Shown in pieces: positions 57,311 through 64,000 of a stretch of 64,000 nt of DNA. The stretch comes from Gammaproteobacteria bacterium (GTDB taxonomy: Bacteria > Pseudomonadota > Gammaproteobacteria > Pseudomonadales > IMCC2047), in NCBI GenBank assembly GCA_021773395.1, contig JAJFKB010000001.1, forward strand, positions 1,955-65,954, in the 5' to 3' direction. The position numbers were made by a program, and so were the translations under genes. The stretch's first letter is position 1; every line of letters starts with the position of its first letter. The notes beneath the pieces were generated by a model. It was not told where the DNA came from. It saw only the letters and a program-made list of their open reading frames with translations, and ran no database searches.

Positions 57311-58654
57311 ATGGCATTGTTACCAAAAGATATTACCCGCAGATTTACTGAATCGGTCTGGTTAACCGAGCTTTCTGAAACGCCGCGTTGGCGATGCGGA
57401 CTGATCCGCAGTACTCGCATCCTTTTTGCCGTAGCGCGCGACATAACCGACGGGCAATTGACCCTGCGGGCGATGAGTCTCGTCTACACCACGCTCCTCT
57501 CACTAGTCCCCTTGCTGGCAGTAAGCTTTTCCGTACTCAAGGCCTTTGGCGTACATAATCAAATTGAACCTTTGCTACTCAATCTGCTGGCACCTCTTGG
57601 CGACCAAGGGCTAAAGATCTCAAGCAATATTATTAGTTTCGTCGAAAATATGAAAGTCGGCGTGCTTGGTTCTTTAGGCGTCGCGTTACTTTTTTATACT
57701 GTAGTAGCACTAATGCAGAAAATCGAAACCGCCTTCAATCATACCTGGCGTGTTTCCCAATCGCGTGCCTTGACTCAGCGATTTAGTGACTACTTGTCTG
57801 TACTCATGATCGGCCCGGTATTGGTCATCTCCGCACTGGGTCTGACCAGCACCATGCTGAATACGAGTGCCGTACAATGGCTGGCCAGTATCGAACCTTT
57901 CGGAAGTCTGATTACGCTAGCCACCAGTCTGATCCCCTACGTACTGATTATCTGTGCCTTTGTTTTCATCTACATCTTTATTCCCAATACCAAGGTTAAA
58001 CTGAAACCAGCCTGTATCGGAGCATTGGTGGCAGGAGTGCTCTGGCAAACCGCTGGCTGGGGATTTGCCACATTCGTCACGTCATCAGCAAAAACCGCCG
58101 CTGTATATTCTGCCTTCGCTTCTCTGATTTTTTTCCTGATCTGGCTATACGTTGGCTGGCTAATACTGCTGGTGGGCGCAAGCATTGCTTTTTACGTACA
58201 AAACCCCGACTACGTCACCTCTCCAAGAAGAGAATTAAAGCTGAGCAATAATCTGAAAGAACGTGTCGCTTTATTGCTGATGATAAAAGTTGCTGACCAC
58301 TTTTATCATGGGCAGGCCGCCTGTACCGCTAAAGAACTGGCGTTATCAGCCAACATTCCGTCGGATGTGGCCGCAAAAATATTGGATTCACTGGAGCGAA
58401 AGAATCTAATCAAGCAGTCTAATGACAGCATACCTGTCTACCTGCCCGCGCAACCCCTGGATGAAATGTCAGTCAAGCAGGTATTTGATGCCATACGGGC
58501 CGCCGACGAGGATCGCAACCTGAACAGCAGACAACTACCGAAAAATCCGCAAATAGATACAATTTTTGCACAACTGGACGCCAGTCTCGAGCAAACTTTT
58601 TCAACACAGATCATTAAAGATCTGGTTACGCACGAACGTACTACAGATGGCTAA
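57311..58654 (+). CDS. YihY/BrkB-family inner-membrane protein with C-terminal winged-helix-like extension
   Basis: 447 aa with six or more TM helices (LSLVPLLAVSFSVLKAFG...) and a ~150-aa soluble C-terminus. Confidence 0.8.
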   Translation: MALLPKDITRRFTESVWLTELSETPRWRCGLIRSTRILFAVARDITDGQLTLRAMSLVYTTLLSLVPLLAVSFSVLKAFGVHNQIEPLLLNLLAPLGDQGLKISSNIISFVENMKVGVLGSLGVALLFYTVVALMQKIETAFNHTWRVSQSRALTQRFSDYLSVLMIGPVLVISALGLTSTMLNTSAVQWLASIEPFGSLITLATSLIPYVLIICAFVFIYIFIPNTKVKLKPACIGALVAGVLWQTAGWGFATFVTSSAKTAAVYSAFASLIFFLIWLYVGWLILLVGASIAFYVQNPDYVTSPRRELKLSNNLKERVALLLMIKVADHFYHGQAACTAKELALSANIPSDVAAKILDSLERKNLIKQSNDSIPVYLPAQPLDEMSVKQVFDAIRAADEDRNLNSRQLPKNPQIDTIFAQLDASLEQTFSTQIIKDLVTHERTTDG

Positions 58655-58741
58655 CCGGATTGGTTAAACAATGCTGCAATAGTATGCTATCTTGATCCAT
58701 TCAAGGCCTGTGGAAAACAACTATAAAGGGGTACTTGGCCG

Positions 58742-59209
58742 ATGAACAGCAATGACAATTGGCTGGTCCATGACCATTCGCTCTACGAGGATATACTCTT
58801 TCGATGTCAAGACTCCATTGAGGCGGGGGAATGGGACGACGCCAGAAAAGCCTTTAAGGAACTCATTTCACACCTTAAATCTCATATGGCGATGGAGGAA
58901 GAGGTGCTATATCCAGCTTATGAAAATAAAGCTCCAGGCGGAACCGGGCCGACTGCATCACTTCGCGAGGAGCATGATCAGTTGGTGAGGCTGGTAAGCG
59001 ATATGAATCATGTTTTCAGAAGTAGAGATTCAGCCCACGTACTGGAATGCCTCGGGCACCTTGAAGCACAGATGATTAAACATCACGAAAAAGAGGAAGA
59101 TATATTTTTACCTATGGCAAGCATCATCCTGGACGCCAGCAAAGAAGAGATTATTAAGCAGTTAAACAGCTTTGATTCAACAAAGGCGAAGCGTAAGTGG
59201 GATATCTAA
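58742..59209 (+). CDS. Hemerythrin (HHE cation-binding) domain protein
   Basis: 155 aa with HxxxE/HHE-type ligand spacing (HDHSLYE, HMAMEEEVLYP, EEHDQL, HHEKEEDIFLP). Confidence 0.75.
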   Translation: MNSNDNWLVHDHSLYEDILFRCQDSIEAGEWDDARKAFKELISHLKSHMAMEEEVLYPAYENKAPGGTGPTASLREEHDQLVRLVSDMNHVFRSRDSAHVLECLGHLEAQMIKHHEKEEDIFLPMASIILDASKEEIIKQLNSFDSTKAKRKWDI

Positions 59210-59214
59210 AACCC

Positions 59215-59724
59215 TTAACCAGATTCCTCCTTATACTGAACCTCGAGCAACTCATAAACCATAGTACCCTTCGGCGTCCTTACCTCAACCTCCTCGCCGC
59301 CCTGCTTGCTGAGTAGCGCCCTGGCCAGGGGAGAGTCAATGCTAATGTAGAACGCCTGCATATCAAATTCGTCCGGCCCTACAATTCGATATTCAGCCTC
59401 CTCTCCCCGATCATTTATCAACCTGACCCAGGCGCCGAAAAATACACGCTTTCGATCTGTGGGCAACTGATCCACAACGTTGAGAACTTCCAGCCGTTTG
59501 GAAATAAATCGGATTCGCGCATCGATCTCTCGCAACTGTTTTTTGCCGTATATATACTCCGCATTCTCCGACCGGTCTCCCTGAGCTGCCGCCTCTGAAA
59601 CAGACTGCGTCACCTGGGGGCGTTTTACTTTCCAAAGGTAGTTAAATTCATCCTGCAACCGGCGCTTACCGGTCGACGTAATATAGGCTGACCCCGCCTC
59701 ACGCGGCGGACGATAACGCCCCAC
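59215..59724 (-). CDS. greB: Transcription elongation factor GreB
   Basis: GTG start. LNYLW-type N-terminus (LQDEFNYLWKVKRPQV), DRSENAEY acidic tip and ISIDSPLARALL. Matches E. coli GreB better than GreA. Confidence 0.88.
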   Translation of the reverse strand: MGRYRPPREAGSAYITSTGKRRLQDEFNYLWKVKRPQVTQSVSEAAAQGDRSENAEYIYGKKQLREIDARIRFISKRLEVLNVVDQLPTDRKRVFFGAWVRLINDRGEEAEYRIVGPDEFDMQAFYISIDSPLARALLSKQGGEEVEVRTPKGTMVYELLEVQYKEESG

Positions 59725-59749
59725 TAAAAACTACCCTCAAACAATGAAG

Positions 59750-60166
59750 CTACTCCACCCGGATGCTGATCTTCTCAGACACTAGTGGCGGATTATGCGG
59801 CACATGCAGCTGATCACCCAGCAACAGTTGCAACGTATGTACACCCGGAAGCAGCTCCAGCATCACTTCCGTTTGACCGCCCCCAAAATGACGATGATTC
59901 GCATCGGCTGGAACCGGCTTATCGAGATCCGGCAGCTGTTTTACATCTATCAGCAGATGATGATGGCCGGTATTGTTTTTTGCTACTCCTGCTGGCGCAA
60001 CACCCATTCCACGCAAACCGAATTTAACCTGAACGGGACTGGTAACTATTTCACCACTCGCCGGCGATATAATGTACACGGCCGCTTCACCTGCGTGCGC
60101 GCGATTAAGTAGAGCAATCAGGCTGAATACCAGCCAAAACATATATGAACGGGGTCGAATATTCAT
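59750..60166 (-). CDS. DUF4399-like periplasmic protein
   Basis: Track ORF starts at TTG 60271. The ATG at 60166 (MNIRPRSYMFWLVFSLIALLNRAHA) follows a GGAGG SD. It has a signal peptide and a GHHHLLID motif. Confidence 0.65.
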   Translation of the reverse strand: MNIRPRSYMFWLVFSLIALLNRAHAGEAAVYIISPASGEIVTSPVQVKFGLRGMGVAPAGVAKNNTGHHHLLIDVKQLPDLDKPVPADANHRHFGGGQTEVMLELLPGVHTLQLLLGDQLHVPHNPPLVSEKISIRVE

Positions 60167-60291
60167 GTGGTTACCTCCAACATATAGCCGCCTCAAAAAA
60201 GGCAAATCATAGCTATCATAGCGGAAATACTCTAGTCTGCGGTAAAGAATTGTGGTTTTATAAAACCACAAAAGATTAAAGGCTTAAGCAG

Positions 60292-61191
60292 ATGAGTAAA
60301 GCACTGGAAACATTGGTACATAACCTTCACCTGGAGCAACTTGAGGACAATCTGTTCAGGGGTGTTTCACTGGACCAAACCCGATTCCGTGTTTACGGCG
60401 GACAGGTCTTGGGACAGGCTATGGCGGCCGCCAGTCAAACTGTAGAAAGCGATCTCAAAGTCCACTCCTTTGCCAGCTATTTCCTGCGCCCGGGTGATAC
60501 CTCAATACCGATTGTATACGACGTCGACCGCGTGCGGGATGGCCGCAGCATCATAACCCGGCACGTCACTGCGATACAAAAGGGAAGACCCATATTTGAA
60601 GCCATTATCTCTTTTCATAAAAAGGAGCAGGGGTTCGAGCACCAATCCGCAATGCCTGAAGTTCCGGGGCCAGAAGCGCTGGCCTCAGAAGAACAGCGAC
60701 ATATGCAATATTTCCAGGAAACCGGGCGCAAGCCTGAATACGACTATCAATGGCCGATCGAATTTCGTCATGTCGATCCTATTGACTTTAGAGAACCTCA
60801 AGTTAAGCCCGCGACCGCATTTGTCTGGCTTAAAGCGAGCGGCAAGCTGCCCAATGACGAGGCACTGCATCAGGTGGTATTGGCCTACGCTTCCGACTCA
60901 CCCATTTTGGTTACCGCCTGTCGGCCGCACCCCGAAATTAATGCCGGAAATGCGTTATTGGCAACCATTAACCACTCTATGTGGTACCACCAACCCTTTC
61001 GTGCGGATCAGTGGCTACTTTATGCGCTGGAAAGTACCAGCGCTTCTAATGGCAGGGGTTTCGTCAGAGGTAGTATATTTAATCAGGAGGGTGTATTGGT
61101 CGCCTCGGCGATGCAGGAAGGTATATTAAGAGTGCGTGATCAAACACATCAGATGGATCTGATCGGCGACCCAACGGGCTTTAGGAGCTGA
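60292..61191 (+). CDS. tesB: Acyl-CoA thioesterase II
   Basis: 299 aa double hot-dog protein (LEQLEDNLFRG, YGGQVLGQA, SMWYHQPF). Confidence 0.9.
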   Translation: MSKALETLVHNLHLEQLEDNLFRGVSLDQTRFRVYGGQVLGQAMAAASQTVESDLKVHSFASYFLRPGDTSIPIVYDVDRVRDGRSIITRHVTAIQKGRPIFEAIISFHKKEQGFEHQSAMPEVPGPEALASEEQRHMQYFQETGRKPEYDYQWPIEFRHVDPIDFREPQVKPATAFVWLKASGKLPNDEALHQVVLAYASDSPILVTACRPHPEINAGNALLATINHSMWYHQPFRADQWLLYALESTSASNGRGFVRGSIFNQEGVLVASAMQEGILRVRDQTHQMDLIGDPTGFRS

Positions 61192-62005
61192 GTAATGTCC
61201 GCCTTAATTGTTCGACTTGATCGCTATCAACCTCAAGAATCGATTGAAAATAGTTTTCCAAACTACCCATCTCCACCCTGATTGCAGTAAAAGCCGTTTC
61301 TAAATACTCTTTTTCAACACGCACCAGCGGGCGCAGCGCATCAATCCTTGATTCGATATCATCCACTTTTTTTCTATATTTATCAGCGATCTGCTGAAGC
61401 TTTTGTTCTGACCCAAAACCCTGATTACTTAAAAGATAGTCCTCAAGCACCTTTTCCCAGGGCACCCCAAGCAATGAAAGTATCAAGGCCACGGCGCACC
61501 CAGTGCGGTCTTTTCCTGCAGTACAGTGAATCACCAGTGTACCCAACTCCGGCCTCAGCATTCGCCCCACAATATCGCGTAAAATAGGTGCAAACTCAAA
61601 TGGCATACGGGCGTAATCCTCGAGCATGTGTCCTACCACTTCCGCACGGCTGATATTGCCTGCAATGATCTGTTCAAATAGATCGGAAGCAGGGTTTACA
61701 TCCCGGGAGTGCAGATCAATGGTAAAGATGGTTGGTGAACGCTTGTTGTGCCAGTAGGTGGGGAAAGTATTTCGCTCATTCGGCGTACGCAAATCAAAAA
61801 GTGCTGTGATATTCAAGGACGCCAGTTGCTCACAATCGAATTTACTCAGATTGCACATGTGTCCGGATCGAAACAGGCGCCCCCATTTTACCAACGTGCC
61901 ATTCCCTGCTGAGTAGCCTCCCAAATCTCTAAAATTCTCTACGCCCTGTAATTTCAGAATATGAGCATCCTGCATCGCCAGTTGTACCTTTGATCGACTA
62001 AGCAC
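61181..62005 (-). CDS. Protein-tyrosine-phosphatase-like protein (Y_phosphatase3-like)
   Basis: 274 aa with the CX5R active site HCTAGKDRTG. Its 3' end overlaps the tesB 3' end by 11 nt (convergent). Confidence 0.8.
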   Translation of the reverse strand: MLSRSKVQLAMQDAHILKLQGVENFRDLGGYSAGNGTLVKWGRLFRSGHMCNLSKFDCEQLASLNITALFDLRTPNERNTFPTYWHNKRSPTIFTIDLHSRDVNPASDLFEQIIAGNISRAEVVGHMLEDYARMPFEFAPILRDIVGRMLRPELGTLVIHCTAGKDRTGCAVALILSLLGVPWEKVLEDYLLSNQGFGSEQKLQQIADKYRKKVDDIESRIDALRPLVRVEKEYLETAFTAIRVEMGSLENYFQSILEVDSDQVEQLRRTLLSS

Positions 62006-62033
62006 CCCCTATTAGGCACCTATTCCTATGTAT

Positions 62034-62813
62034 TTACAAGTATCGGTGGCGTGCCAACTCTCTTGCACCATACGCTTTTAGAAGCAGCAAAATATAGTAC
62101 GTCCCAGCCGCTGCCGCGATGTGCTTTAGTGAATGTCCACTTATTACATCCACCAGTTCCCAAACTTCATAATCCAAATATTCCAGCAGTTTTGCCAATC
62201 CATAACAGAGTAATAGCCCGACATAGTATTTGAGGTCGCCCGTTGAACCAGGAAATAAATACAATATTAATGGTGTCAACATTAAAGGTACGAACTGCAC
62301 CAACGCGTAGAATCGAAGGTCCCCTTCACCCAGACTTTCCGTCCACGCCCAATAGCCTACGCTGGCAATACCGAGAAGGAGAAATGGCCACAGCAATCTT
62401 CGACACCCATCCCCAACTCGGTCTGTCAGCACATAAGTAAAGAAACCCATAAATGCAATACTCATGGGCAACCGATCCCAAACGAGCGTCTGATTATCAG
62501 GCGACCAATGGTAATAGGCAGAGCCAAATGCCGCCAAAAATACTCCACTGAATATAATGGCAAAAATACCCGCATGGGCAATCGATCTGTATCGATAACA
62601 GTAGTATAAACCTGCGACTCCAACCACCGCGAAGGGCAGGTTAGACAAAACGTTCAACAGATTAGGAATCCCTATGCCCGCACCCTGGTCAGCAAAAACA
62701 TGGTAACTCTGAGGCTGCGGGAAAGGTGCTTGAAGTAATGCTACGATGACCAGAACGCATACTACTACGCCCGGCACGGCAAGTTTAGCCACGCTTGGAT
62801 CAAGGCGCTGCAT
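62034..62813 (-). CDS. Polytopic membrane protein, alkaline-ceramidase-like
   Basis: 259 aa with about 7 TM helices. YHVFADQ...[14 protein letters not shown] and a C-terminal SGHSLKH resemble bacterial ceramidase-domain proteins. This family call is from memory and only moderately secure. Confidence 0.5.
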   Translation of the reverse strand: MQRLDPSVAKLAVPGVVVCVLVIVALLQAPFPQPQSYHVFADQGAGIGIPNLLNVLSNLPFAVVGVAGLYYCYRYRSIAHAGIFAIIFSGVFLAAFGSAYYHWSPDNQTLVWDRLPMSIAFMGFFTYVLTDRVGDGCRRLLWPFLLLGIASVGYWAWTESLGEGDLRFYALVQFVPLMLTPLILYLFPGSTGDLKYYVGLLLCYGLAKLLEYLDYEVWELVDVISGHSLKHIAAAAGTYYILLLLKAYGARELARHRYL

Positions 62814-63333
62814 AATTAATACCCTGATCTTTTAAAGACTGCACCAGGGCCTGCTTAATATCCTCAGAAAATGCACAGAGATATACTCTCTCTGGCAGCT
62901 GAAAAAGCGTCAAATCCGCAATAATGGTCTGAATTGCAATTGCTGCAGCCTGCTCAATGGGGTAACCATAGATACCACAGCTAATAGCAGGAAAAGCAAT
63001 ACTGGTGATCTGGTATTTCCGTGCCAGCTGCAGAGCGTTGCTATAACAGGAAGCCAATAAACGCGCCTCGCCTGAAGTGCCTCCCCGCCATACAGGCCCG
63101 ACCGCATGAATCACAAATCGGGCCGGCAAACGAAACCCCGGAGTAATTTTTGCCTGCCCGGTACTACAACCATCCAGCCGCTCGCAAGCTGCCAGCAACT
63201 CAGCTCCTGCAGCCCGGTGAATAGCGCCATCGACTCCGCCACCTCCGAGCAGAGACCGGTTTGCCGCATTTACAATCGCATCCACTTCGAGCTGTGTAAT
63301 GTCGGCTTTCAAAAGGATGATTCGGTTATCCAT
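62800..63333 (-). CDS. ymdB: Macro-domain O-acetyl-ADP-ribose deacetylase (YmdB-like)
   Basis: 177 aa with [25 protein letters not shown] and [15 protein letters not shown]. Confidence 0.88.
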   Translation of the reverse strand: MDNRIILLKADITQLEVDAIVNAANRSLLGGGGVDGAIHRAAGAELLAACERLDGCSTGQAKITPGFRLPARFVIHAVGPVWRGGTSGEARLLASCYSNALQLARKYQITSIAFPAISCGIYGYPIEQAAAIAIQTIIADLTLFQLPERVYLCAFSEDIKQALVQSLKDQGINYAAP

Positions 63334-63356
63334 AGATCACCTATTGTTTATCTGCA

Positions 63357-63461
63357 TCAACCTGATATGTAGTGCACATAAACCATGGTCGCAAAAACCG
63401 CCACCAGCACCAGTACACTCAGCATTCTGATTCTTTGACAGGTCTCGCAGTTTTTACGCAT
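63357..63461 (-). CDS. Candidate 34-aa membrane micro-protein (unannotated, below the track cutoff)
   Basis: My translation is MRKNCETCQRIRMLSVLVLVAVFATMVYVHYISG: a CxxC motif then one TM helix. The stop is 23 nt upstream of the ymdB start. The SD is weak. Confidence 0.2.
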   Translation of the reverse strand: MRKNCETCQRIRMLSVLVLVAVFATMVYVHYISG

Positions 63462-63589
63462 GATTATCGCTCATAAGCTGTTATATTTATTAGAAATAAT
63501 TTCCTGAAAGAGCCGTTTTAAGTATCCTTTTTTGCCTCCAATCCAGTCTAAGCAGTATCCCCTAAAAGATCCAACAAAACCAGCTGGCG

Positions 63590-64000
63590 TCATCTTGGAA
63601 TGGCGGGTAATTCAAAGATCTTTTCAGCGCCCGACAAAGGGCAGCAAAATGCCAAGTGGTTGCAGCTGAGCTGCAGGTTTTCCCCGCCCTCGCCCACGAT
63701 CTCGGGTGTTTGCAAACCATAAAGCCGGTCACCGACGACGGGGAAACCGAAATCCGACAAATGCCTGCGTATCTGGTGTTTACGACCTGTTTCGATGCGT
63801 ATTGCCAGCGTTGAGCGCAGATTTACCGTATCGTATGTTGCTCGCAGCACATGACTGACCGCCTCTCGCCCATCGACAGGATTATCCAGCAGAAGCGGTA
63901 ATGGATAATCACTGAAACAGCCATGCACTATCACCTCATACCTTTTTTCAATTCTTCGCTTTTGAAATAGATCCGACAAGGCCGCTGCGGCTCTTTTTCC
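63590..64000 (-). CDS. RluA-family pseudouridine synthase, C-terminal part (5' end beyond the right edge)
   Basis: TGRKHQIRRHL motif. The frame stays open upstream of the track's TTG start through to position 64000 (…KRAAAALSDLFQKRR…). Confidence 0.8.
   Translation of the reverse strand, partial: GKRAAAALSDLFQKRRIEKRYEVIVHGCFSDYPLPLLLDNPVDGREAVSHVLRATYDTVNLRSTLAIRIETGRKHQIRRHLSDFGFPVVGDRLYGLQTPEIVGEGGENLQLSCNHLAFCCPLSGAEKIFELPAIPR

Noticed and set aside
36361-60000. Long alternative-frame or antisense ORFs inside well-supported genes (e.g. 36361-36768, 38998-39441, 42106-42660, 53815-54363, 55198-55575, 60596-61129)
   Set aside because: Each is fully nested in a gene with strong family motifs (ubiH, ygfB, ilvA, maeB, tesB). 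They have biased shadow-frame composition and lack SD sequences. There is no evidence for overlapping genes.
1-64000. Search by eye for CRISPR arrays, rRNA, integrase/transposase/IS ends, reverse transcriptases or other known defence-system hallmarks
   Set aside because: None found. The only mobility signature is the tRNA-Phe 3'-end duplication. The only TA or defence-like genes are yefM-yoeB and hipBA.

Overview
This is a chromosomal segment from a gammaproteobacterium, probably marine. The gene order secB-grxC-yibN / gpmI-envC-yibQ, ygfB-pepP-ubiH-ubiI, zapA-ssrS-ygfA and mutY-yggX-tRNA-Phe matches enterobacterial and Vibrio backbones. Four blocks stand out. (1) 1-16230: a complete MSHA-type type IV pilus locus on the minus strand, running mshI to mshQ, with mshQ leaving the left edge. 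(2) 23.8-29.4 kb: a homoprotocatechuate meta-cleavage cluster with a non-canonical enzyme set. It has two CHMI-type isomerases, one single-domain FAH protein and a DapA-family aldolase, and no hpaH or hpaI. (3) 29.5-45.4 kb: housekeeping genes (pyk, hisBHAF, ubiHI, pepP, ygfB, zapA, 6S RNA, ygfA, ilvA, rpiA, mutY, yggX). (4) 45.3-53.7 kb: an accessory segment anchored on tRNA-Phe. It holds a 1.03-kb yefM-yoeB islet bracketed by a duplicated tRNA 3' end, a MerR regulator cut by an in-frame TAA, four uncharacterised exported proteins (M48-TPR lipoprotein, two DUF4124-like proteins, one unknown), hipBA and a small lipoprotein. I saw no integrase or transposase there. The rest (maeB, suhB, yihY-like, hemerythrin, greB, tesB, a ymdB/ceramidase-like/PTP operon, rluA-family) looks like core genome. 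I found no CRISPR array, rRNA or recognisable transposon. All family calls rest on my reading of the translated ORFs (motifs, length, synteny). No database search was possible. Coordinates of non-coding features may be off by 1-2 nt.
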